Below, in pieces: positions 44,911-52,931 of a stretch of DNA of 54,057 nucleotides. Under the pieces are notes generated by a model. That model was not told the DNA's origin. It saw only the letters and a list, made by a program, of their open reading frames with translations, and did no database searches. Location of the stretch: IMG/VR virus record IMGVR_UViG_3300027986_000324, positions 1-54,057 of that record; one strand, given 5' to 3'. The position numbers and the translations under genes are program-made. Source of the DNA: a virus. Lineage: Duplodnaviria > Caudoviricetes. Each line of letters opens with the position of its first letter. The first letter of the stretch is position 1.

Positions 44911-45183
44911 CTAGGCGGATCGGGCTGCCTTGCTTCCGTTCTTCGCTTTGTCCGCTTTCCTGGCATCGTCCTCTTTCAGCCAATCGCTTGCGGCCTGAAA
45001 GGCCGGCACGTAGCCGCTGCCGATCCCGCGATAGAGCGCTTCACGCATCAGCTTCGGCAACCGGTGATAGTCCGGCCCGCAGAACGACCAGCGCGGCTGC
45101 TTCTTCTTCCCGCAGTGGGGGCACACGGGCGAGTAAAACGACGCAATCGCGTCTATCGGTTTCGGTTGCGTCGCTTCGCTCAT
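44911..45183 (-). CDS. small Zn-finger-like protein
   Basis: CPHCG......SFC..DY..LP. Confidence 0.65.
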   Translation of the reverse strand: MSEATQPKPIDAIASFYSPVCPHCGKKKQPRWSFCGPDYHRLPKLMREALYRGIGSGYVPAFQAASDWLKEDDARKADKAKNGSKAARSA

Positions 45184-45392
45184 TTCCGCTCCCCCAATTC
45201 CACGGCTCCCAGTTGGTCGAGGGCCAGCCGCACCCGGTTTTCAAATCGGGCGAGATCTTGCGCTGCGTCCTCGGCTCGTCCCGCCAGGGCGTGCTCGGCG
45301 TAGTACTCGGCCCACTTCCTGGCATCGGAAAGAAAATCCTCAGCCAGACCGACAAGCCTGCAATTGCGCTCCATTCGTGCGGTCGCGCTCAT
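45180..45392 (-). CDS. hypothetical helical protein
   Basis: ATGA overlaps at both ends. Confidence 0.6.
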   Translation of the reverse strand: MSATARMERNCRLVGLAEDFLSDARKWAEYYAEHALAGRAEDAAQDLARFENRVRLALDQLGAVELGERK

Positions 45393-45586
45393 CGCTCTAA
45401 AGTCCGGTAGACCGTGGTCTTCCCGATCCCAAGCAGCGCCGCCGCAAGCACCTTGTCGCCCTTGGTGAGTACTAGCGCGCGTTCCACTTCGCGCCGTTTG
45501 GTTTCAATCAGAGGCCGGATCTTGAATCTCTTCCGTAGTTCCTCCAATTGGCTGCGGGTGGACTGTTTCTTGTTTGTGGTTTTCAT
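45389..45586 (-). CDS. Fis-like HTH protein
   Basis: VERALVLTKGDKVLAAALLGIGKTTVYR; AAGGAG RBS. Confidence 0.85.
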   Translation of the reverse strand: MKTTNKKQSTRSQLEELRKRFKIRPLIETKRREVERALVLTKGDKVLAAALLGIGKTTVYRTLER

Positions 45587-45621
45587 GGCTTCTCCTTTTT
45601 TGACCTGGATTGAATTCGCTC

Positions 45622-45864
45622 TTACGCTGCCTTCCCCTCAGCTCGTTTTCCCAGCCCATGTGCGGCAAAAATGTGCCGTTGCCACTGCTGGTAGTTGTGA
45701 AAACTGACGAGGTGGATCTCGCCCGGCTTCAATTGCCGCTGCACGATGCAGTAGCGGCACGCCGCTTTTTGAACTAGATTCTTCCCGAACATCACCAGAA
45801 GCGGAGAGCGCCAGGCGATGTCGGGAAACGTCATTTGCAATTCGTGTTCATTCATAAAAATCAC
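45622..45864 (-). CDS. hypothetical protein (C..C...H...H)
   Basis: ACRYC and WQRHIFAAH; GAGGAG RBS. Confidence 0.6.
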   Translation of the reverse strand: MIFMNEHELQMTFPDIAWRSPLLVMFGKNLVQKAACRYCIVQRQLKPGEIHLVSFHNYQQWQRHIFAAHGLGKRAEGKAA

Positions 45865-46080
45865 TCCTCAGAGCCTGGCCAGCGGAGCGTCCATGCTTGT
45901 GCGATTCAATGGGTCGCACAAACCGTGTCTACGTCTCCGCCGGCCAGCTCCTCTCCCGTCTCCCTTTCGGATCATCGCTTGCCTATCCAGCCGCTAAACC
46001 AGGTTCAGCTCGCTCCCCGGGGAAACCCTGTCAAAGGAGGACTGAAACCAGGGCCTCTCCAGAGACGGGAAAAACGATTG

Positions 46081-46290
46081 TCATTTCGCCTTCTCTGCCG
46101 CCTTAATTGCCTTCCGCAGGTGCCCTGTATGCCAGCCGCCACACTTGCACGCCTTCTTCTTACTGGACGGAAATACCACCAGGCGGATGTGGTGCTCCTC
46201 GAATTGGCGGCAAACTTCCATTTGTGCAGCCTCATAAGAAGCATGTCGCGCATGCGTCTCGCACGCCGACTTGGAGCGCGTGCGTAGCAT
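46081..46290 (-). CDS. small Zn-binding basic protein
   Basis: C..H.RH.SYEAA...CKCGGWH.GH. Confidence 0.6.
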   Translation of the reverse strand: MLRTRSKSACETHARHASYEAAQMEVCRQFEEHHIRLVVFPSSKKKACKCGGWHTGHLRKAIKAAEKAK

Positions 46291-47312
46291 CAGAAGCTCG
46301 TGTCCTCCTCCTGGTAGAACTCAATGCCGTGCAGAAGCGTTCCATTCGGCAGCTTGGACTTGCGCGCGTACTCCCCTACTTTCTTTTCATCAATCGTGAG
46401 CCAATCACGCGGCACGGCCGCCGCGTCCAGAACACGAAAGCGGTAATTCACTCGTCCCCTCCCTACTCCTTGGGGAACCTCAGAAGCAATTTGCACTTTG
46501 GGTGCAGTCACGGGAGTAGAGAGCAGCTTATCGGCCAGAGCATCACGGCCAGCAGCCTGCGCTTTCTCCGCATCGCTGATCCGTTTATCCTCAGCATCGC
46601 GCAACCGTCGCGCTTGCTCCTGTTGCGCTGCCTCGGTCGCTCGCCGTTGCTCGGCGCTACGCCAGGCTGTACAGCCTTTTGCCAGGTGCTCCTCGCCCAC
46701 GCCCACCAGTTCGCCCAGCTCCTTCTCCTTGGTCAAGACGACACCCTTGACCGAGTCGATGGATTGCTTCGGCGGTTTCATCATGGCGGTGATCCTGCGA
46801 CGCAGGACGGCCAGCTTTTTACCCAGCTCGCCGGCCTGCTCGTAGGTGGCAGCGTTCGTAACTTCAATCTTGAGCGCCTGATTGGAAAGGTCCGATATTT
46901 CCGTCACCAATGGAGCGCAGAAAGCGTCCATCTTCTCCCGGAGATGCGTGACCATCTGCTCGAAAGGTAGAGGCGGGAATCCCACGCTGTCCTGCCCCGC
47001 TTCGAAGGAGATCGCCAGCACGGTCACCGGAACCATGTCGGCTGGCTCCTTCGGAACCGTGATTACAGGCTCATCCTTGGGAGCTTTGTCTTTGGTGGAA
47101 GCTGCCGCGCCCACTTGCACGAAGTTCTTCTTAATGAGCGCCCATGCCCGGCCCTTGCTTTTGTCGCCCATGAAGTCGTCGAAGTTTCGGGGAGGAACAT
47201 CGCTATAGAAATACTGTCCTCCCGCGAGCGTCTCAACGCCCATGACCTTGGCCGCTGCGTCGTACCCCGCGCGACCGATTGCGGTACTGCCTTCAATCGT
47301 TATCCAGTTCAT
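46290..47312 (-). CDS. KTSC-domain protein fused to long coiled coil
   Basis: STAI...GYD......V....GGQY.Y.DVP...F..FM...SKGR (KTSC), then coiled coil and VPRDWL.IDEKKV. Confidence 0.75.
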   Translation of the reverse strand: MNWITIEGSTAIGRAGYDAAAKVMGVETLAGGQYFYSDVPPRNFDDFMGDKSKGRAWALIKKNFVQVGAAASTKDKAPKDEPVITVPKEPADMVPVTVLAISFEAGQDSVGFPPLPFEQMVTHLREKMDAFCAPLVTEISDLSNQALKIEVTNAATYEQAGELGKKLAVLRRRITAMMKPPKQSIDSVKGVVLTKEKELGELVGVGEEHLAKGCTAWRSAEQRRATEAAQQEQARRLRDAEDKRISDAEKAQAAGRDALADKLLSTPVTAPKVQIASEVPQGVGRGRVNYRFRVLDAAAVPRDWLTIDEKKVGEYARKSKLPNGTLLHGIEFYQEEDTSF

Positions 47313-47320
47313 GGCATCTC

Positions 47321-48646
47321 CTAGAAAGGCACTTCGGCATGGGAGCCGTCTGCGGATTCGGATGTGGGGGTTTGCGGTGTGCCATGCAAGGCAGCCCATT
47401 CGTACTCGGCTTCTTCGCGGGCCATCGCGATCAATGCTTCCAGGGCGCCACGGTTGTCAGTCTGCTTGGGACCAGCCGCATCGGAGATGTCAGGGGTTCC
47501 CTCAGTCTTTGCCCTTTCCTCAAACTTGCGCAGCATCAGGAGCTGGAACTCGACCTGGTCCACCGTCTGAGCTGCAAAAGCCGTCTTCGAGCGCGTTCCG
47601 GTAATGGCCTCACCTACAAATTGCCGAGCTACCTTGGTGGCCGTGTCATTCTTGGGGAAGACCACCCGCATCGTGGCATCCCAGGTTTCAAGCGCCTTTT
47701 TCTTGCGCAGATAGGAGCCATTGGTTGCATGATCACCGCCAAACGGGTTAGCTCCAGCGGAAACCGTCTGATGCTGGCCGCCGATGTTTAGGGCTTCCAG
47801 ATAAGGACGGAAGCAATCGAGCACTGATTTGTACTCGCCGCTCTTGTAGCTATCACGGTCGGCCCACTGGAATACCTTGCCGTTCATTGGCCACACCCGT
47901 CCTTTCTGCACCGTGGCTACGTGAATCTTGCGCGGCGCTACAAGCTGGACGGCTCCCTTCTTCCCCTTCTTCTGCTTCAAACTCTGCGGAGCGTTGGGAT
48001 CGGTCATCGACTGAAAGTGAAGGTTCACATCCGGCTCATGGCCGAATTCCCCTTCGCCCTTCATCTTGTAGTCACCTTTGACCGTCTCTGTGTTGACGTT
48101 GCCTTCTGCGTCGATCACGTCTACCTGGTCATACTCGAACCCGCCGCGACCGCAGGCAATCGTATGCAAGGGGCAATTGATGAACAGGTCCGCCCATTCG
48201 CGCCACGGATCCTTGACCGCCGGCCAGTGCGAGAGCATCTGCCGGTAGCTGGTGATCCTGTGTTCCCTCATGTAATTGGCTACCAGCGTTGTCCAGAACT
48301 TGGTCATGCTGTCAGGAACCAGGACGCAAGCTCCGGCCCTCTTCGCTTGCGCGACGGATTCAATCAAGGTCGCCAAACTCTTAGTGGGTACAACCAGCAG
48401 GTCAACCCCTTCCGCGACAAAGATCGGACGGATGAAATTTGCGCCATTCTCCGAGTCCACCCAGACCACGGGCGCACCCTTATAAAATTCTTTGGAGATC
48501 CCAGCGGCCAGAAGGGCCGCAGTGGTTGTCTTACCGGACCCAGGCGGGCCCTCAAAGCCAAATTTCCCGAAAGCGACTTGCGCACCTTCTTTGGTTAGAT
48601 TGGTGAAGAAACTCGACGTGTGGTTATCTGTTCCATTTGCGGCCAT
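47321..48646 (-). CDS. AAA ATPase, Sak4-like recombination protein
   Basis: GPPGSGKTTT, VDSENG, DSMTKFW and KMKGEGEFGHEPD motifs; AAGGAGG RBS. Confidence 0.8.
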   Translation of the reverse strand: MAANGTDNHTSSFFTNLTKEGAQVAFGKFGFEGPPGSGKTTTAALLAAGISKEFYKGAPVVWVDSENGANFIRPIFVAEGVDLLVVPTKSLATLIESVAQAKRAGACVLVPDSMTKFWTTLVANYMREHRITSYRQMLSHWPAVKDPWREWADLFINCPLHTIACGRGGFEYDQVDVIDAEGNVNTETVKGDYKMKGEGEFGHEPDVNLHFQSMTDPNAPQSLKQKKGKKGAVQLVAPRKIHVATVQKGRVWPMNGKVFQWADRDSYKSGEYKSVLDCFRPYLEALNIGGQHQTVSAGANPFGGDHATNGSYLRKKKALETWDATMRVVFPKNDTATKVARQFVGEAITGTRSKTAFAAQTVDQVEFQLLMLRKFEERAKTEGTPDISDAAGPKQTDNRGALEALIAMAREEAEYEWAALHGTPQTPTSESADGSHAEVPF

Positions 48647-48695
48647 ACAGGCCTCCTTTTCGGATTTTCGATTACTAGCCATACAGGCTTTGCTG

Positions 48696-48899
48696 CTAAA
48701 CTCTGTCCCCGGATGCCGCGATCTTTTCGAGCGACGTGTTGATGGTCTGCGCGACCGTAGGGGCAAATTGGTACTCGACGCCGGCACTGTGCCGCAGCAC
48801 CGGATGGAGCAACCGCGTCATCCGCGCCGCCATCATCACCAGCTGGAAGCGGTTGGCGATGGACTTCTTGGCTCCGTGGACGGCATCGGTCCGGCTCAT
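48696..48899 (-). CDS. RNA polymerase omega subunit-like protein
   Basis: I.NRFQLVMMAAR..R.L......TI..SLE.IAA resembles the RpoZ NRF.LV..AA.RAR.L...AL.EIA pattern. Confidence 0.65.
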   Translation of the reverse strand: MSRTDAVHGAKKSIANRFQLVMMAARMTRLLHPVLRHSAGVEYQFAPTVAQTINTSLEKIAASGDRV

Positions 48900-49171
48900 G
48901 CGTTCCCTGCTCTCTCTGTGTCCGCCGGCATCGAGCGTTTCTCGGGAATCTCTTCCCACTCGTTCTCCGGACGCTCCATCACTTCCGCCACGTGGGCCAC
49001 CAGGTCCTCGATCAGTAGGCCGTTGAACATTGCGCCTCCATCCTCACGGGGACTCTCGCTCCGCCACCGGATGGTTGACCAGGCGTGGAAGCGAGAGCGC
49101 GTCCCGTGGATGAATCCGCAAGCATGCCCTGCTGCGGAATGTCGGATTGGAAAACGTTCTTCATGAATCGT

Positions 49172-49741
49172 TTAGTTCGCTGCCGTCTTGCCTTGCGCCA
49201 GAGCCAGCTTCAAGTGCAACTCCATGGCTTCCAGGATCAGCTCCGTTGCGGTAATTTCGCCCGCGGCTTCCCGCTCCTGTAAACTCTGCAGGCTGATCTC
49301 GCACGCATCCGCTGCCGATCCAAAATGAATCCGCACGACGTTGCACACCACCGCCGCCAGTCCCCGCGCCAGGTAGAAATCCACTCCGGCCATTCGAGCA
49401 CCGAGGCCTTCGAGCGCCCCCTCGGGACGCGCGCCGCAGTAGTAGCGCGACACGTTGGCCAACGGGATGTGATTCGTCTGTCCGTCCGCGCCCTCGATCT
49501 GCAGGACCGCCCCGGCGACAACACGGAAGGAACCAGGAGCCTTCAGCGGCAGGTGGAGACGATGCTTGTAGCTGCTGGCATCGGTATCGAAGTACTCAAT
49601 GTGCAAGACGGGATGGTCTGGGTTTCCGTCGTCCCCGTTGCCGCGATAGAACTGCTGCTCTCCAGACGTCTGCAAAGCGGCGGCGACTTCCGGGGTCTTC
49701 TCGGTGTCCGCCAGTTCGATCCTGTTTTGGTTACGTTCCAT
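49172..49741 (-). CDS. hypothetical protein
   Basis: GGAGG RBS before MERNQNR. Confidence 0.6.
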   Translation of the reverse strand: MERNQNRIELADTEKTPEVAAALQTSGEQQFYRGNGDDGNPDHPVLHIEYFDTDASSYKHRLHLPLKAPGSFRVVAGAVLQIEGADGQTNHIPLANVSRYYCGARPEGALEGLGARMAGVDFYLARGLAAVVCNVVRIHFGSAADACEISLQSLQEREAAGEITATELILEAMELHLKLALAQGKTAAN

Positions 49742-49991
49742 TGCTTTGTCCTCCAACAATCTCCAGCTTCGGGACCACGTAGCCCTTGGCAACCAGCTTC
49801 TTGAGCGCCGCCGTGATCGTCCCTGGCACCACGCCCAGCCGGGCCGCGAGTTCTTTGTTGCGCGGCGCTTCGTTCCCGGACTGCTTTTCCGCCTCAATGG
49901 CCTGCAGCAGCCGCTGTTCCGTGATCGAAAGGAGCGGTTTTTCCGCTTCCCCAGTCGCGGCTTTCTTCTTTCTTTGTGTCGATGGTTTCAT
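49731..49991 (-). CDS. winged-HTH regulator (Cro or repressor candidate)
   Basis: TEQRLLQAI........P..KELAARLGV..GTITAALKKL..KGYV; first gene of the leftward operon. Confidence 0.85.
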   Translation of the reverse strand: MKPSTQRKKKAATGEAEKPLLSITEQRLLQAIEAEKQSGNEAPRNKELAARLGVVPGTITAALKKLVAKGYVVPKLEIVGGQSNGT

Positions 49992-50000
49992 GGTCGCTCG

Positions 50001-50160
50001 CTAGTTGACTAATTAGTGTACTAACTAGCTGAGATGCACATTACGCCTAAGCGGGAAAGCTTGTCAATGAAAAAATGCAGTATTTTTGAAAGATTTTACG
50101 ATTTCTCTTGACAGGCTGATTTTGATGGCCCTATAGTCCACTAATTAGTTAACCAGGAGG
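50001..50160. promoter_or_regulatory. divergent early promoters with ACTAATTAGT operators
   Basis: Rightward TTGACA(50108)-18 nt-TATAGT; leftward TTGACA(50067)-18 nt-TAATGT; palindrome ACTAATTAGT at 50008 and 50140, variant at 50020. Confidence 0.8.
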
Positions 50161-50169
50161 TCCCCAGGA

Positions 50170-50490
50170 ATGACGTTTACTGCCGCACCCGCCCAGCCGC
50201 TGTACACCGATGAAGGCCTGCGCGTGCTCCTGGCCGAAGACTGGTTCATCTATGTGGTGAACGAAGCCGATGGCCTGGTCTGGATCTACAACACCGAACT
50301 TTGGCCGGAATGGACAGACGACGCGGTTCCGAACTTCGAAGAGCCCCCCATCATTGCTATGGTTCCCTTCGCCCATCGCCACCAGCCGCAACGCCTGGCC
50401 AAGCTCTCCTGTAACTACTGCCACGCGCGCGGCCCGGAAGATCAGCAGACGCTAGCGGAGTTTGAAGCGTCCCTTGCGAGGAAGGCATGA
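50170..50490 (+). CDS. hypothetical protein
   Basis: AGGAGG RBS; first gene of the rightward operon; H.H...CNYC. Confidence 0.7.
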   Translation: MTFTAAPAQPLYTDEGLRVLLAEDWFIYVVNEADGLVWIYNTELWPEWTDDAVPNFEEPPIIAMVPFAHRHQPQRLAKLSCNYCHARGPEDQQTLAEFEASLARKA

Positions 50491-50687
50491 GCTATCCGCC
50501 AACGACTGCACCGAATCCGCATTTCTTCCTTGAAAACGGCGTCAAGGTTGAGCGGTTCAAGACGGGCCTCGGCTTCTACATACACTTTGGCGACCGTTGC
50601 TATGCCGTCACCCAGAACGGATCAAAGGACCTGGCGGAGACAATCGGCAAGGTACGTCAGAGCGAGGAATGGGAGAAGAACGCATGA
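50487..50687 (+). CDS. hypothetical protein
   Basis: ATGA overlaps. Confidence 0.6.
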   Translation: MSYPPTTAPNPHFFLENGVKVERFKTGLGFYIHFGDRCYAVTQNGSKDLAETIGKVRQSEEWEKNA

Positions 50688-50884
50688 TCCGACGCGCACC
50701 AGTGATTTTTTGCGATAACGAGCACGGCATGGGCGAAGTGAGTTTCCCGCCAATCGCCGAGTTGGAGGTCCAGGCCTTCATCGACCCGGTAAGCCAGCGG
50801 GAGTTGCGAAAGCAAGCAAAACAGGCTGGATGGAGCCGCCACAACGGGGCAGACTATTGCCCGAGCTGCACAGAGAGCCTATGA
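50684..50884 (+). CDS. small Zn-finger protein
   Basis: IFCD...LRKQAKQAGW.....DYCPSC. Confidence 0.7.
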   Translation: MIRRAPVIFCDNEHGMGEVSFPPIAELEVQAFIDPVSQRELRKQAKQAGWSRHNGADYCPSCTESL

Positions 50885-51120
50885 CCGCCCTCTCCCAGCG
50901 CAAGACGCGCCTGTCCTTTGAGACCAGCGACGTCGTCCGCTATCGCGGCCAGCTCCGCCCCGTGATCGTGGAAGCAAATGAGTTCACCGCCTTCCTGCGA
51001 TTGAAAGGCACGCGCCAAAGATTCGAACTTTCCTATGCCGGCATGTGGAACCAGGCCGTCAAGGTTGCCGTGGAAAAGAAGCGAGCGGAGAAAAGGAGCA
51101 AAACGCATGGCAGTGTGTAA
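50881..51120 (+). CDS. hypothetical protein
   Basis: RPVIVE......LRLKG.RQ..EL.Y; ATGA overlap. Confidence 0.65.
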   Translation: MTALSQRKTRLSFETSDVVRYRGQLRPVIVEANEFTAFLRLKGTRQRFELSYAGMWNQAVKVAVEKKRAEKRSKTHGSV

Positions 51121-51793
51121 ACGTTGTGGATGCTGCGAAGCACAGACTGGCTTTACCCTCTGCATTTTCTGCGAAGACGGTGTTGCATGCCCGAACCGGA
51201 AGCGCGCTGGCTCTCTGAGTGCGCCGCCACCGCTCCCGGCCGTCTCAAGCAAGGTTCAAACAAATCACCATCCTGAATCTCCTCGGGCTGCTGGAAACCT
51301 CACGGACCAGGCCAAGCAGCTAGGGACTACGAGCTCACGCGAAAAGCAGCCCCAGGAGATCCAGAACAATCCCAGAAAGGAAAAGAGAATGCCACGATTC
51401 TGCGCCTGCGGCTGCGGTAATCCCGTCGTCAACCGTCACCCTTACCTGAAGGGCCACAACCCTGCAGGCAAGCAACCCAAAGCTCTCTCCAGCGACAAAG
51501 CCAAAGTGAAATGCCGGCGTCCTGGATGCAATGTGATGATTCGGGCGAACACGAAGAGCGGATGCTGCGCGAAGGACTTCTATTGGTCCACCAAGAATCC
51601 CGTGGACATCAAACCGCGCGCGGTGCGCCAACCTTTGCCCCCCCCGCAATTCCAACACCAAGGCCGCCAGTGCCGATCCTTCTATCGCCAACATCAGCGT
51701 TCCCGAATCGGCGCTAGACCGCTTTTGGGCTGCGCTCTCCTTGAACGAGAAAGCGGCGCTCTTCGTGCGGCAACTCGAAGGGAATTGAGTTGA
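51107..51793 (+). CDS. Cys-rich multi-Zn-motif protein; C-terminus possibly frameshifted
   Basis: CKRC..CIFC, CACGCG.....YLKGHN and C...GC...CC motifs; AGGAG RBS. Confidence 0.6.
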   Translation: MAVCKRCGCCEAQTGFTLCIFCEDGVACPNRKRAGSLSAPPPLPAVSSKVQTNHHPESPRAAGNLTDQAKQLGTTSSREKQPQEIQNNPRKEKRMPRFCACGCGNPVVNRHPYLKGHNPAGKQPKALSSDKAKVKCRRPGCNVMIRANTKSGCCAKDFYWSTKNPVDIKPRAVRQPLPPPQFQHQGRQCRSFYRQHQRSRIGARPLLGCALLERESGALRAATRRELS

Positions 51794-52692
51794 CTGCTAT
51801 CTCCAGGCCGGTCCTGCGGTACCACGGCGGCAAGTTCCGTCTGGCCCCTCTTATTCTCGACCTCTTCCCGCCGCATCGGGTCTACACGGAAGTTTTCGGG
51901 GGGGGGGCTAGCGTGCTTATGCAAAAGCCGCGCTGCTATTCAGAAATCTACAACGACCGGGACGGCGAAGTCGTCAACGTTTTCCGCGTGCTGCAAAACC
52001 CTAAGCGAGCGAAGCGCCTCGAGGCGTTGCTGCGACTCACGCCATTCGCACGTGCCGAATTTGAACTGAGCTACAAGCCCACGCGGAGCGAGGTGGAACG
52101 GGCGCGGCGCACGATCATCCGCAGCTTCATGGGATTTGGGTCGGACTCGGTTACTCGCCTGAAGGCCAGCCGTGCCGGCTTCAATACGCGAATCAGTTCA
52201 GTGATGCGAACCGGATTTCGCTGGAACTCAAACCGATCCGGAACGACCGCCGCGAGTGAATGGGCTGTCTACCCCAACATGATTCGAGCGTTCACGGAAC
52301 GTCTTCAGGGCGTAGCCATCGAGAATCGGGACGCCCTTGCCATCCTCAAAAAGATCGATCGCGAAGACGCCCTTCACTATGTTGACCCACCGTATCCGAT
52401 CCATGTCAGGTCCCGGCGCGACGGTTCACAACGGCTGGAGCATAAATACCGCTATGAGATGACAGACAAGGACCACGTCACTCTCGCCTCGGTGCTGGTG
52501 TCCCTTAAGGGCATGGTCATCGTGTCCAGTTACCCGGGCCCTCTGTATAGCCGCCTCTTTGAAAAATGGCACAGAGTCGAATGGACCGGAGGCCAGTTCT
52601 GTAGCGCCAATTCCAATTCCCAGACCCGCACGGAATGTGTGTGGCTGAATCAGGCGGCCTATGATGCGATGCCGCAAAGGAGGCTGCTGTGA
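51790..52692 (+). CDS. DNA adenine methyltransferase (D12/Dam class)
   Basis: LRYHGGK, EVFGGGASV, EIYND.D.EVVN.FRVL, IEN.DA, YVDPPY and TECVWLN motifs. Confidence 0.95.
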   Translation: MTAISRPVLRYHGGKFRLAPLILDLFPPHRVYTEVFGGGASVLMQKPRCYSEIYNDRDGEVVNVFRVLQNPKRAKRLEALLRLTPFARAEFELSYKPTRSEVERARRTIIRSFMGFGSDSVTRLKASRAGFNTRISSVMRTGFRWNSNRSGTTAASEWAVYPNMIRAFTERLQGVAIENRDALAILKKIDREDALHYVDPPYPIHVRSRRDGSQRLEHKYRYEMTDKDHVTLASVLVSLKGMVIVSSYPGPLYSRLFEKWHRVEWTGGQFCSANSNSQTRTECVWLNQAAYDAMPQRRLL

Positions 52693-52931
52693 GCCTAGCC
52701 AGCACGAAGTGCGAGAAGCGTTACGTCACCACAGAGCAGGCTGCTACCTACTCTGGCATTCCCGCGAATACCCTTCGCGCCTGGCGTTCGGAGGGGAAAG
52801 GGCCAATTTACTTCAAACCCGCTGGCCGCGTGCTGTATGATCTGCGGGAACTGGATGCGTTCATTCGCTCCAGCGTCCGCACCAGCTCTGTGCGCGCAAA
52901 GCTAGGAGCCGAGCGGAATGTCAGTGTTTAA
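52689..52931 (+). CDS. xis: excisionase-like HTH protein
   Basis: TTEQAA.Y.G....TLR.WR..GKGP.Y.K..GRVLY....LD.F; immediately before int. Confidence 0.85.
   Translation: MSLASTKCEKRYVTTEQAATYSGIPANTLRAWRSEGKGPIYFKPAGRVLYDLRELDAFIRSSVRTSSVRAKLGAERNVSV

Noticed and set aside
45960-46066. Glycine riboswitch (CUCUGGAGAG ... GGAGCGAGC ... AGGCAA on the minus strand)
   Set aside because: Lacks the CCGAAG and CUCUCAGG ligand-binding core, and the gene context is unrelated
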